A stretch of 64,000 nt of DNA from the NCBI GenBank assembly GCA_964579205.1, contig CAZOFH010000003.1, positions 18,975 through 82,974 of the forward strand. Reading direction: 5' to 3'. A model generated the notes under the pieces. That model had not been told where the DNA came from, did not search any database, and worked only from the letters and a program-made list of their open reading frames with translations. Origin of the DNA: an uncultured Christensenella sp. (GTDB lineage Bacteria; Bacillota; Clostridia; Christensenellales; UBA1242). Positions 47,966 through 57,685 of this stretch are shown here, piece by piece (the first letter of the stretch is position 1; each line of letters begins with the position of its first letter). Made by a program: the position numbers and the translations under genes.

Positions 47966-49159
47966 ATGAAAAGTTTAGCGACAAAAATTAGTGTGGCTGC
48001 GGTTTGTTTGGTTGCGTTTTTGGCTGTGATTTTGTGGTCACATTATGCGCAAGCACAGCAAATCGCACCGAATTTTGATGCCGATGCCATCGCGGTCGAG
48101 GCTCAAGATATGTCGTATCTTCAGCGACTTTGTGACGACTTGAGTGTTATTACAGATACGCAGCAGGGCATCAAAAATGTGACAGGTTCGATGCTTTTTG
48201 CTGGGGATAGCCTAAATAGTTTGGCCTACACGAGCCAAGAGGAAGATGCTTCTATCAGATTGAATTTTGAGACCGTAGAGAATATAGATACTGGTGAAAT
48301 GAGTGTCGTTTTGAATTTTGACGACGGCACAGAGGTTGAGCGTATGGAGTTCCCTGCGTTCACTGAAGTTGATGAAAATGGTGAGAAGCAGACCTATTTT
48401 GAGTTTGAAGGACAAATTTACAACCTGCAGGAAGAGATAGAGAAATCCAACCTGCTCAACGGCACAGAGGATTGCTTCTTCTTTTCGCTATTCTCGCTCT
48501 TTGTGCTCGTGGTGACTATTGTTTCGATTGTTAGTACGGCTATAGATGCATACAAGTATTTCGCTTTTGAAGAGGTTACTGTCGCAGGCGTATTAATGCT
48601 TGTGTGCGAGGGGCTTATGCTTGCTGTTCCCGGTGGTGTGGCTGTAAAGTGTGGTTCTACCGCGTTAAAGGCGGCTGGTGTTTCTGCTGCAAAATGTGCT
48701 ACCAAAAATACTGCTTCAAAGTACATTGTGAAGCAATCTGCTGATACAATTATGAAGGCTCTTAGCAAGTCTGGCACAGAAATGGTGAATGCTGGGAAAG
48801 ATTTCAAAACTCACAAACAACTAGTTTCTTATATCGAAGAGAAATTGGGTAAAAGAGCAAAAAGTCAAGTTCATCATATTGTAGAGCAAAGATTAATTAA
48901 TATCAAAAATTTTAGTGTAAAAAAGATTCAGAATACAGGTAATGTTATTCGAATGCCTGACGAAATGCATTATAAAATTACAGGATTATATAATAGCAAA
49001 AACCGAGATTTGTTCAAAAAAATTACAGGTAGAGATTGCGGAAATATGAAAGTGCGTGAATATATGGACAATTTAAGTTTTGATGAGCAGTATGAGGTTG
49101 GAATAAAAATAGTCAACTATTATAAAGAACAAGGCAAATACACAATCGAAATGTTATAA
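47966..49159 (+). CDS. Secreted polymorphic-toxin-like protein with a C-terminal His-rich nuclease-like domain
   Basis: Signal peptide; central hydrophobic hairpin; C-terminal VHHIVEQ...N...H...YNS...VREY...SFDEQY...G; own promoter (TTGACA-17-GATAAT at 47905-47933) and AAGGAGG RBS. Confidence 0.7.
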   Translation: MKSLATKISVAAVCLVAFLAVILWSHYAQAQQIAPNFDADAIAVEAQDMSYLQRLCDDLSVITDTQQGIKNVTGSMLFAGDSLNSLAYTSQEEDASIRLNFETVENIDTGEMSVVLNFDDGTEVERMEFPAFTEVDENGEKQTYFEFEGQIYNLQEEIEKSNLLNGTEDCFFFSLFSLFVLVVTIVSIVSTAIDAYKYFAFEEVTVAGVLMLVCEGLMLAVPGGVAVKCGSTALKAAGVSAAKCATKNTASKYIVKQSADTIMKALSKSGTEMVNAGKDFKTHKQLVSYIEEKLGKRAKSQVHHIVEQRLINIKNFSVKKIQNTGNVIRMPDEMHYKITGLYNSKNRDLFKKITGRDCGNMKVREYMDNLSFDEQYEVGIKIVNYYKEQGKYTIEML

Positions 49160-49175
49160 GTGGTAGGGGAGAAAA

Positions 49176-49880
49176 ATGGAAAGAGATTTGATAATTTTTG
49201 CACGAGATGCTAATCTTTATGTTGGAATTGGTATGATTCCCAAAGAGCAGATGAAAGATGAATTTCTTGTTGATTATTTAGAAGTCAAGGATGTTGGGAA
49301 AGGCTTCCCATTTGGTAGTATTGTTCATGTTGGTGATGGCAAAAAAAAATTTGATAATACAATTTTAAAAATTGTAAAGGTGAGCGATTGCCAAAGGCTA
49401 AAGAATTTAGAAAAAGCATTCTACCATTTTATGGACTGTTTGGACGCAGGATCTTATACCTTTAATAATCCTCATCAGATGGATTTTATATTGGGTAAAC
49501 CTTATTGTGATGATGAAATATTTTATGACGGTCACTCAATTTTGGAAGCATATTCAAAAGTTTTTGCCTCGATGAGCGAGGATAAAAAAACGATAAAAAC
49601 GATTAACCTAAAGTTAAAAGAAATGGAAAAATTTGAAGAAGATTTTTATGGTTTGCCATTTGGTGAAATGGGGTGCAAAACCCTCGTTCCGCACATTATG
49701 CAAAAATTCGGCAAAAAGAAGAGTGAAGTGTCTGATTTTGTACATAGCAAGACAGTTGAGTATTTGATGCATTCTGGTGCAGAAGTTTTCGGCTTGGCAA
49801 AAGCAAGCCTCAAGGCAAACAACCAGTGCCAGAATGATACTCCCTCCGCCGAGATGCTAGAAGCGCAAGCAAGCAAATAA
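49176..49880 (+). CDS. Putative cognate immunity protein
   Basis: Lies 16 bp downstream of the toxin-like gene; cytoplasmic; paralog of 47154-47819. Confidence 0.65.
   Translation: MERDLIIFARDANLYVGIGMIPKEQMKDEFLVDYLEVKDVGKGFPFGSIVHVGDGKKKFDNTILKIVKVSDCQRLKNLEKAFYHFMDCLDAGSYTFNNPHQMDFILGKPYCDDEIFYDGHSILEAYSKVFASMSEDKKTIKTINLKLKEMEKFEEDFYGLPFGEMGCKTLVPHIMQKFGKKKSEVSDFVHSKTVEYLMHSGAEVFGLAKASLKANNQCQNDTPSAEMLEAQASK
49698..49836 (+). repeat. 139-bp perfect direct repeat, copy 2
   Basis: Identical to 47673-47811. Confidence 0.95.
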
Positions 49881-50112
49881 TTGGGGGAGATTGCATTATC
49901 AAATATTAAGCCGCTCACTCCCAATATCATCAAGAGCAGAGAATAAGGCGCAGTGATAATTTGAGAATTATTTAGACTATCGCCATTGTAATGTTTAGAT
50001 TTTGGTTTTTATACTCCATTGTTTCGATATTGCGGCAATAAATAAAAAATCAAAATAAAATCCCCCAAAAATAGTGAAAAAATACAAAAAATAACAAAAA
50101 ATAATAAAAAAT

Positions 50113-50820
50113 GTGAAAATTATGAAAAAACAAAGAGAATATAATGCAGGAAACTATATTTTTGTAGCGCTAATAACGGCAATTTTTGTATTGAGTGTTG
50201 TTTGTATTTTGAATGCTTGCACGCCCGCCACGACTTTGTCAAAGAGCGTGGTGAATAACTTTATGAATAATGTGATGATTTTGGAGGTTACGACGGCGAG
50301 CGGCGACATTGCGAAAGGTACAGGAGTTTTTATTGACACCGACGAGGTCGTTTCGGTCGCACACCTTTTTGAGGATGAGTACCAAAAAATCGAAGCGTTT
50401 TCATACGATAGGTCGATGCGGTTTGAGTTGGAGTTAGTCAAAATTGACGCGGACAAAGACTTGGCAAAACTCAAATCCAAGACCCGTGGAGCCGTAAAAA
50501 CGGTAAATTTCGCCACAAAGTATCAAATAAATTACGGCGACGCGATAGCCAAAATCGGTAATGCGCTGGGGTATGGATTGTCTGTCGATGAGGGTATAGT
50601 CGCTAATCCGTATGTCAAAATCGAGTCCGACGGAGTAGAGAAAGAGGTCGTCCAAATCTCGATTGATATCAAAAACGGTGACAGCGGTGCTCCTGTTTTT
50701 GGTGCCGACGGGCGTCTTATCGGGATTATTTCTTTCAAAACGAACACTGGCCTCATCGGTGGCGATGGGGCGAGTTTTGTGATACCCGCCTATATCGTCG
50801 CGGATTTTTGTGCAGCATAG
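50113..50820 (+). CDS. Trypsin-like (S1) serine protease, probably exported or a lipoprotein
   Basis: VAHL (His), DKDLA (Asp) and GDSGAP (Ser) triad; hydrophobic N-terminus ending LNAC. Confidence 0.88.
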   Translation: MKIMKKQREYNAGNYIFVALITAIFVLSVVCILNACTPATTLSKSVVNNFMNNVMILEVTTASGDIAKGTGVFIDTDEVVSVAHLFEDEYQKIEAFSYDRSMRFELELVKIDADKDLAKLKSKTRGAVKTVNFATKYQINYGDAIAKIGNALGYGLSVDEGIVANPYVKIESDGVEKEVVQISIDIKNGDSGAPVFGADGRLIGIISFKTNTGLIGGDGASFVIPAYIVADFCAA

Positions 50821-51067
50821 CCTCGCAAAAAATTACCCGCCTCGAAGAGTCTAAACACCGCCACCCCGCCGCGCCACGCAATCACAAAATCAAATCATCT
50901 ACTATCACCGATTTTTAGGCAATAAGTCGAATTAATTTTCGCCCAATATTGCCGACAATAATATTTTACAGCAACAAAAAAACGCCCCAAACTGGGCGTT
51001 TTTGATTTTATACTAATTTGTTTTTGTCTATTTTTTGCGAATTATTTGCATTAGCACTTGCTATCGC

Positions 51068-52543
51068 CTACAGTTTTTCTACCAAGTTGAGCCAATCTCG
51101 ATAATGCGCCTCGCGTTCGTCATCATCTGGTGTCGGCGTGAATGTTGTGTTGGTGCGATATAGGTCGTGGATTTCTGCGAGCGAGCGATACGCCCCAAAA
51201 GTCATCCCGCACATATAGCACGCGCCGAGGCTAGTCGATTCCGCTTCTTTCGAGCGAACGATTGGAGCGTGCAATATGTCACTCAAAAACTGCATAAAAA
51301 TAGCGTTTTGTGTCATCCCGCCATCGATTCTCATCGGATGCCGCATCCGAATATTGTCTCCCATACAGTCAAAAACTGCACGCGACTGATACGCAATACT
51401 CCTGAGCACCGCGCGCACCATATGGTCGGGAGTGGTGCCGAGGTTCAGTCCGCAAAACTGCGCTTTTGCACCACTTTTCCAAAACGGCGCCCCCAGCCCA
51501 GACAGGGCGGGGACGAATTGCACTCCGTTGCAGTCGGGCACAGAATTCGCCATTTTTTCCGTCTCGGCAGCAGATTTGATTAGCCCTAGCCCGTCTTTGA
51601 GCCACGAAATGCACGCACCAGCGCTGTACATATTGCCTTCAAAAGCGTATGCCACCCCCTCGCGCGTTTTCCACGCGACCGTGGTGATGAGTTTGTCGGA
51701 CAAAATCGGCTCGGCACCCATATTGCACAGCATAAAGCCGCCCGTGCCAAAAGTCGTCTTGACTTCACCCGTCATCGTGCACGCTTGCCCAAAAAGCGAC
51801 GCCTGCTGGTCACCCAAAATACCGCCGATTTTGATGGTCTTGCTATTGACGACCGTGTCGCCCAAATACTCGTCGCTATTCACAATCGTAGGCAGTGCCT
51901 CTCGCGGGATGCCGAAATATTTTAGCAGTTCTATATCCCAGTCTTGAGTGTGTAGGTTGTACAATAGCGTCCGACTGGCGTTGCTGTGGTCAGTGGCGAA
52001 AACCTGCCCGCGGGTCAAATGGAAGATGACGAAAGCATCCAGCGTACCGAGGCATAGGTCGTTTTGTTTAATAGCCTCTTGCACCTTGGGCTCGTTGGCG
52101 ATTAACCAGTTCATCTTGGTGGCACTAAAATACGGGTCGACAAAAAGCCCTGTTTTGCGGTGAATTTTGCTAGCGAGCCGCTTGTTTTTTGTGATTTTTT
52201 GGCAAATTTCGTGCGTTCTGCGACATTGCCAAACGATTGCGTTGTGCAGCGGCTGCCCTGTGGATTTTTGCCACGCAACAAAAGTCTCGCGCTGATTGGT
52301 CATCCCCAGTCCAAAAATTTCCTCTTGCGAAAAATTGCTAGTCGTCTGCTCCAAACAGTCGTCAATTATTTGCAAAATTTCCTGCGCATCTTGCTCCACC
52401 CACCCCGCGCGCGGGTAGTATTGTTTCAGTTTTTTCTGAGCAATCCCCAAAAATTCATTTTTTTGCGTGTCAAAAGCGATGGTGCGGATGCTGGTCGTGC
52501 CGAGGTCGATGGCGATAATATATCGGCGAGCGTCGTTTTGCAT
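51068..52543 (-). CDS. glpK: Glycerol kinase
   Basis: IDLGTTSIR, TNQRET, DPYFSATK, GDQQASLFGQ and PALSGLGAPFW. Confidence 0.96.
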   Translation of the reverse strand: MQNDARRYIIAIDLGTTSIRTIAFDTQKNEFLGIAQKKLKQYYPRAGWVEQDAQEILQIIDDCLEQTTSNFSQEEIFGLGMTNQRETFVAWQKSTGQPLHNAIVWQCRRTHEICQKITKNKRLASKIHRKTGLFVDPYFSATKMNWLIANEPKVQEAIKQNDLCLGTLDAFVIFHLTRGQVFATDHSNASRTLLYNLHTQDWDIELLKYFGIPREALPTIVNSDEYLGDTVVNSKTIKIGGILGDQQASLFGQACTMTGEVKTTFGTGGFMLCNMGAEPILSDKLITTVAWKTREGVAYAFEGNMYSAGACISWLKDGLGLIKSAAETEKMANSVPDCNGVQFVPALSGLGAPFWKSGAKAQFCGLNLGTTPDHMVRAVLRSIAYQSRAVFDCMGDNIRMRHPMRIDGGMTQNAIFMQFLSDILHAPIVRSKEAESTSLGACYMCGMTFGAYRSLAEIHDLYRTNTTFTPTPDDDEREAHYRDWLNLVEKL

Positions 52544-52684
52544 AAGTGCCTCCCAAAGTATTTTTTAATATTTTACCATTAAAATCAAATTTTTACAAAT
52601 AATAACTTCATACTAAAAGCAATTTATTTGACTTTGAGGCAAAAAATCACTAAAATATTACTATAAAACATTCAGGTGGTAATT

Positions 52685-54127
52685 ATGGAAGAATTTGAGG
52701 TAGCAATTATTGGCGCGGGCATCGTCGGGGCGAGCCTGTTTAGCGAGTTGACGCGCAAAGGTGTGCGGGCAGTTTTGCTAGAAAAATCAAGCGATGTGAG
52801 TAACGGCAGCACAAAGGCAAACAGCGGCATCGTCCACGCGGGGTACGACCCAATTCCCAACACGCTCAAAGCGCGTTTTAACATTCGCGGGAGTCAGATT
52901 TTCCCGAGCGTGTGCAAGCGTCTCTCTGTGCCGATTTTGCAATGTGGCACGCTGGTCGTCTCGCCTGAGAGTGGCAGGCAGGCGATGGAGGAACTTTTGG
53001 CCCGCGGCATAGAAAATGGCGTGTCAGGGCTGCGAATTATTGAGCACGACGAACTCCACGAAATGGAGCCGAATCTCGCCGACTGCATTGATATCGGGCT
53101 TTTTGCGCCGACGGGTGCGGTTATTTCGCCGTACCTCGTTTGCATTGCGCTTTGCGAAGAGGGTGTGATAAATGGCGGCATGGTCAAGACGGATTTTGAG
53201 GTTACTGAAATCACTCAAAACGACGATTTTTATGAGGTAAAAAGTGAAAATTCTGCCATAAATGCGCGTTTTGTGGTCAACTGCGCTGGCGTCGGTGCCA
53301 ATAAAATCAACGAAATCGCTGGTGCGAAAACTTTCCCTATGCAGTATGTCAAAGGTGAATATATCTTGCTCGACAAATCGCAAAATGGCTTTGTCAGCAG
53401 ACCGATTTTCCCACTTCCGACCAAGGCTGGCAAGGGGATTTTGGCGACTCCAACCTTGCACGGCAATGTAATGTTTGGACCGACCGCCATCCCTTGCGAA
53501 CCTGAGGACACCACGGTCGACGCGGAGGGGATTGCGATTATCAAACAGAAAGTACTGTTGTCCGTCAAGGAGCCGAATTACAAAAAAACTATAAAATTAT
53601 TCGCTGGTGTCAGGGTGGTTTCGGGCGATGATTTTGTGATTGACAAAAAGCCCGATTCGCGTTTTTACTACACTGTGGGGATTTGCTCTCCGGGGCTGAC
53701 CGCCGCGCCTGCGATTGCGGAGTATTTGTGTGAAATGCTGACCAAAGACGGCTTGGGGACGCGCCCGCACGAGTTTGTCGCTCGCAAACCGTACACCAAC
53801 ACTGCCGAAATGCCGCGAAAACAGTTGCGTGAGTTGATAAAAACGGACCCAAGTTTCGGCAAAATTGTCTGCCGTTGCGAAAAAATCACCGAGGGCGAAG
53901 TCATCGAAGCGCTTCGTAGCCCTCTGCACCCTGTGACTGTGGATGGGATAAAACGCCGCGTTCGTCCGACAATGGGACGCTGCCAAGGCGGATTTTGCTT
54001 GCCCAAACTAATAAAAATTATCGCCGATGAGACGGGCATTCCTATGGAGGAGGTGACTTTGCACGGCAAACAAAGTCGTGTTTTGATGAGCGAAAACGAG
54101 CAGGAGGCGGATAAAAATGCAGACTGA
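52685..54127 (+). CDS. FAD-dependent oxidoreductase with a C-terminal BFD-like [2Fe-2S] domain (G3P dehydrogenase subunit A-like)
   Basis: GAGIVG, STKANSGIVHAG, GICSPGLTAAPA, CRCE...GRCQGGFC; divergent from glpK. Confidence 0.85.
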   Translation: MEEFEVAIIGAGIVGASLFSELTRKGVRAVLLEKSSDVSNGSTKANSGIVHAGYDPIPNTLKARFNIRGSQIFPSVCKRLSVPILQCGTLVVSPESGRQAMEELLARGIENGVSGLRIIEHDELHEMEPNLADCIDIGLFAPTGAVISPYLVCIALCEEGVINGGMVKTDFEVTEITQNDDFYEVKSENSAINARFVVNCAGVGANKINEIAGAKTFPMQYVKGEYILLDKSQNGFVSRPIFPLPTKAGKGILATPTLHGNVMFGPTAIPCEPEDTTVDAEGIAIIKQKVLLSVKEPNYKKTIKLFAGVRVVSGDDFVIDKKPDSRFYYTVGICSPGLTAAPAIAEYLCEMLTKDGLGTRPHEFVARKPYTNTAEMPRKQLRELIKTDPSFGKIVCRCEKITEGEVIEALRSPLHPVTVDGIKRRVRPTMGRCQGGFCLPKLIKIIADETGIPMEEVTLHGKQSRVLMSENEQEADKNAD

Positions 54128-55367
54128 TGTGGTGATTGTCGGGGGCGGACCTTGCGGTTTGGCTGCGGGGTTCGGTGTCGCACAAAGTGGGGCGAAATGT
54201 ATGATTTTGGAGCGCGATGACCGCTTGGGCGGAATTCTCAACCAGTGTATTCACAATGGTTTTGGGCTTCACCGCTTTAACGAGGAACTGACTGGTCCTG
54301 AGTACGCGCGCCGTTGGGTCGAGATGATTGACGGCAATCCGCAGATTGAGGTAAAATTGGACTGCTTTGTCAATGCGATTACGCGGACGGAGCACGGGTA
54401 TACCGTCGAGGCTGTGAGTGGCGACGGTCTCATTGAGGTTGAGTGCCGCGCTGTCGTTTTGGCTCAAGGCTGCCGCGAGCGTCCTGCTGGCGCGATTATG
54501 CTGTGCGGCTCGCGTCCGAGTGGGATTTATACGGCTGGTTGTGCGCAAAAATTAATCAATATCGACGGCAAAACGGTTGGCAAAAAAATCGCGATTTTGG
54601 GGTCGGGCGATATCGGGCTAATTATGGCACGGCGCCTGACTTGCGAAGGGAGCGAGGTGGTTGGTGTCTACGAAATTATGCCGTCGAGTGGCGGTTTGGC
54701 GCGAAATATCACTCAGTGCCTAGACGATTTTGAGATACCGCTGCATCTTTCCACCACTGTTACGCGCGTGGTTGGCAGTGATAGACTGACAGGAATTTTC
54801 GTCGCACCCGTCAACGAAAAAATGCAGCCAGTCCGCGAACTGGAGAAATTCATCGAGTGCGATACCTTGCTACTGTCCGTCGGCCTGCAACCCGAGAACG
54901 AAATCGTGTCGCCGCTCGGTCTTGAGTGGAGCGGCGCGACCAATAGTTACACCGTCGATGAGTATTTTATGACGGCGGCGGACGGGCTGTTTTTGGCTGG
55001 GAATATGCTGCACGTGAATGATTTGGTAGATAATGTTTCGCGCGAAGGCGAAACGGCAGGGCAGGCGGCAGGGCTTTTTGCACAAGGAAAATTGCCGATA
55101 AATTCGCAAAAAATCGAGATAAAATTCGATGACCACATCAAATACACCGCGCCCAAATACATTCACAATACAGGTTCGGGGACGGCGCAGGTTAGTTTTC
55201 GTGTAAACAAAAATTATCGACGCGTGATTATCAAGGCGATGAGCGGCGGTCAAGAGATTAGTCGCAAGCCTTGCCCTGCTGTGACTGCGGGCGAAATGCA
55301 GACGATTGCGATTGACAAGTCAAAAATTGTCGGCGACAAACTCTATTTTGAAATCGAGGTGTTATAA
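54117..55367 (+). CDS. Pyridine nucleotide-disulfide oxidoreductase (G3P dehydrogenase subunit B-like)
   Basis: GGGPCG, LGGILNQCIHNGFG, GCRER, ILGSGDIGLIMARR and AGNMLHVNDLVD. Confidence 0.85.
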   Translation: MQTDVVIVGGGPCGLAAGFGVAQSGAKCMILERDDRLGGILNQCIHNGFGLHRFNEELTGPEYARRWVEMIDGNPQIEVKLDCFVNAITRTEHGYTVEAVSGDGLIEVECRAVVLAQGCRERPAGAIMLCGSRPSGIYTAGCAQKLINIDGKTVGKKIAILGSGDIGLIMARRLTCEGSEVVGVYEIMPSSGGLARNITQCLDDFEIPLHLSTTVTRVVGSDRLTGIFVAPVNEKMQPVRELEKFIECDTLLLSVGLQPENEIVSPLGLEWSGATNSYTVDEYFMTAADGLFLAGNMLHVNDLVDNVSREGETAGQAAGLFAQGKLPINSQKIEIKFDDHIKYTAPKYIHNTGSGTAQVSFRVNKNYRRVIIKAMSGGQEISRKPCPAVTAGEMQTIAIDKSKIVGDKLYFEIEVL

Positions 55368-55729
55368 TGAGCGATAGAATTTTGCAAACTGTGTGCATTA
55401 GGTGTCCTGTCGGGTGTCACCTGACTGTCAAAAAAGTCGATGGCGAAGTGGTGGTCGCGGGGAATTCGTGTCCGCGCGGCAGCGAATATGGGCGGCAAGA
55501 ATTTATCAATCCGATGCGCACCATTACTGCGGTTTTTAGGCTAAAGAATGGCGGCACGCTGACCGTTCGCACCGACAAGGCGGTCGAAAAAATCAAATAT
55601 TTTACCGTCCTAGACGCTATTCACTCGGCGCCCGAGCCTGCTGAGATGAGTGTCGGCGGCGTGCTCGTCGCTAATGTGTGTGGCACGGGAGCCAATGTGA
55701 TTATCACTAGTGTCAATCGCCCAAAATAG
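55367..55729 (+). CDS. DUF1667-family CxxC protein (subunit C-like)
   Basis: CIRCPVGC...GNSCPRG..Y...E..NPMRT. Confidence 0.85.
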   Translation: MSDRILQTVCIRCPVGCHLTVKKVDGEVVVAGNSCPRGSEYGRQEFINPMRTITAVFRLKNGGTLTVRTDKAVEKIKYFTVLDAIHSAPEPAEMSVGGVLVANVCGTGANVIITSVNRPK

Positions 55730-55941
55730 CGTCTCACAAACGATTTTTTGGTATTTTTTAGTATTTTTCCGCTATTTTTCCGAATTTATTTTTAGTAATT
55801 TTTGACATTTTTTCATATTTTTTAGGTATTTTTTGGGTATTTTTCGAGGGAGAAAATTTATAAAAATTTGCCTCAAAGTATGGACTTTTTTGATAAAATA
55901 TGTTACAATCACTTAACGATATCCCAAGGAGATTTTTGTTT

Positions 55942-56538
55942 ATGGAATTTGATAAAGAGAGTTTCGAGGCAACATCTGAGGTTATGGCACTGGCTACGAT
56001 TTGCGAGCAGACACCAATGGGCGAAATGGGCAATGGCGCTTTTGCGTTTGCCTATGGCAAGGATGCTCTTGCTGCGCTCCCAGGTGAAAACAAGATTGGT
56101 TTTACTATGGTTGATGTGCAAAATGGAGTTCGTAGTGACCTCGCGACTAACGCAATCGTTAGCAAAATTCTGACTTCTGGGCAAATTTTTGACAAAAATG
56201 GCTATCTAAACAACAATTTGGAGACTTTTATTGATGCCCAAGCAGGGCAGGTCGGCAGTATCGATGCCTTGCGCGCGATTAACGCGCGCGACCCTCAGAT
56301 TGGCAGACAGCAGGTGCGTGGGCTAAACCAAACTTTGGTCGGCACACTTTCTCAGAGCCCTGATTGGGCGAGGGATTTTGTCGAGCGCGCCCGCGTTTTT
56401 AGGGGGATTAGTCTCAATTCTAATAATAATTGCGTTCAGGCGACCGTCCAAAAATTGGGTGAGTATGTCCAACTTGCACGCGACACTAGTCAAAAGAATG
56501 TTATCGCGAATATCAACGAGAACGTTCAGAGTAGATAG
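55942..56538 (+). CDS. Hypothetical protein
   Basis: AAGGAG RBS before ATG 55942; no motif recognised. Confidence 0.6.
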   Translation: MEFDKESFEATSEVMALATICEQTPMGEMGNGAFAFAYGKDALAALPGENKIGFTMVDVQNGVRSDLATNAIVSKILTSGQIFDKNGYLNNNLETFIDAQAGQVGSIDALRAINARDPQIGRQQVRGLNQTLVGTLSQSPDWARDFVERARVFRGISLNSNNNCVQATVQKLGEYVQLARDTSQKNVIANINENVQSR

Positions 56539-56668
56539 CGCATATATTTTACCGAAACTCCTATTTTGGGAGTTTTTTCTTTGCGTTTCAAAAATATTTG
56601 TTGATATATTTGGAAAAATATTTGAAGTGTGGTATAATTTGAGCATAAAAAACTAGAGGAGATGTGTT

Positions 56669-57685
56669 ATGGCTATTTTAAAAAATATCGAATGGGTAGA
56701 TAATAGTAGCAATCTGATTGTTTACAAGTTCCCTATTAACAAGGACCAAATCAACAAAGGGTCGGTTTTGACCGTGCGCGAGAGCCAAGTTGCGATTTTT
56801 GTGGACAAAGGTCGCCTCGCCGATGTGTTTTTGCCGGGCTATTACAAGTTGTCGACCGACAACATCCCCGTTTTGACAAAATTGATGTCATGGAAGTACG
56901 GCTTTGAGACGCCTTTCAAATCGGACATTTATTTTGTGAACACAAAGCAGTTTACCAACCAAAAATGGGGGACGCTCAATCCGATTTTGATAAGGGACAA
57001 GGATTACGGTGCGGTGCGCGTGCGCGCTTTTGGTAATTATTCGTTCAAAGTCGACGATGCGTATGTGTTTATGCAGAACTTGAGCGGCACAAATGTGCAG
57101 TTTAATTCGGATGAAATCGTCGATTACTTGCGCAGTTTTGTCGTGTCGGGCATTAGCGATGTGATTGGCGAAAGTCAAATTCCTGTCCTTGATATGGCGG
57201 GCAATTTGCAAGAAATGTCAAAAATCGTTGAGCAAAAAGTGGCTGACGATTTCAAGGCGATTGGTCTCAAACTGACTAAATTCGTTTTTGAGAATTTCTC
57301 GCTCCCTGAGGAATTGGAAAAGGCGCTAGACAAAAACGCTAGTATGGGCGTGTTGCGTGGTAATCTCGATGTGTATACTCAGGTCGAGACTTTGGACGCG
57401 ATGAAAGAGGCTGCCAAAAATCCAGGGTCAGCAGGTTCGGCGATGGGCGCTGGTATGGGGCTCGGTATGGGTATGGGAATGGGAAACATTTTCGCCCAAA
57501 ATATGCAGCAGATGGGTAATCAGAATGCTGGCAAATCTTGTCCTGTTTGTGGCGCAAATGTGGCGCATAATGCCAAATTTTGTCAGGAATGTGGTCAAAA
57601 TATGCGACCTACCTGCCCAAATTGTGGAATTGAAGTTCGAGCAAATGCAAAGTTTTGTGCGGAGTGTGGAGCCAAATTAAAATGA
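56669..57685 (+). CDS. SPFH-domain protein with a C-terminal double zinc ribbon
   Basis: LTVRESQVAIFV, FVNTKQFTNQKWGT; Gly/Met linker; CPVCG...CQECG...CPNCG...CAECG. Confidence 0.88.
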   Translation: MAILKNIEWVDNSSNLIVYKFPINKDQINKGSVLTVRESQVAIFVDKGRLADVFLPGYYKLSTDNIPVLTKLMSWKYGFETPFKSDIYFVNTKQFTNQKWGTLNPILIRDKDYGAVRVRAFGNYSFKVDDAYVFMQNLSGTNVQFNSDEIVDYLRSFVVSGISDVIGESQIPVLDMAGNLQEMSKIVEQKVADDFKAIGLKLTKFVFENFSLPEELEKALDKNASMGVLRGNLDVYTQVETLDAMKEAAKNPGSAGSAMGAGMGLGMGMGMGNIFAQNMQQMGNQNAGKSCPVCGANVAHNAKFCQECGQNMRPTCPNCGIEVRANAKFCAECGAKLK

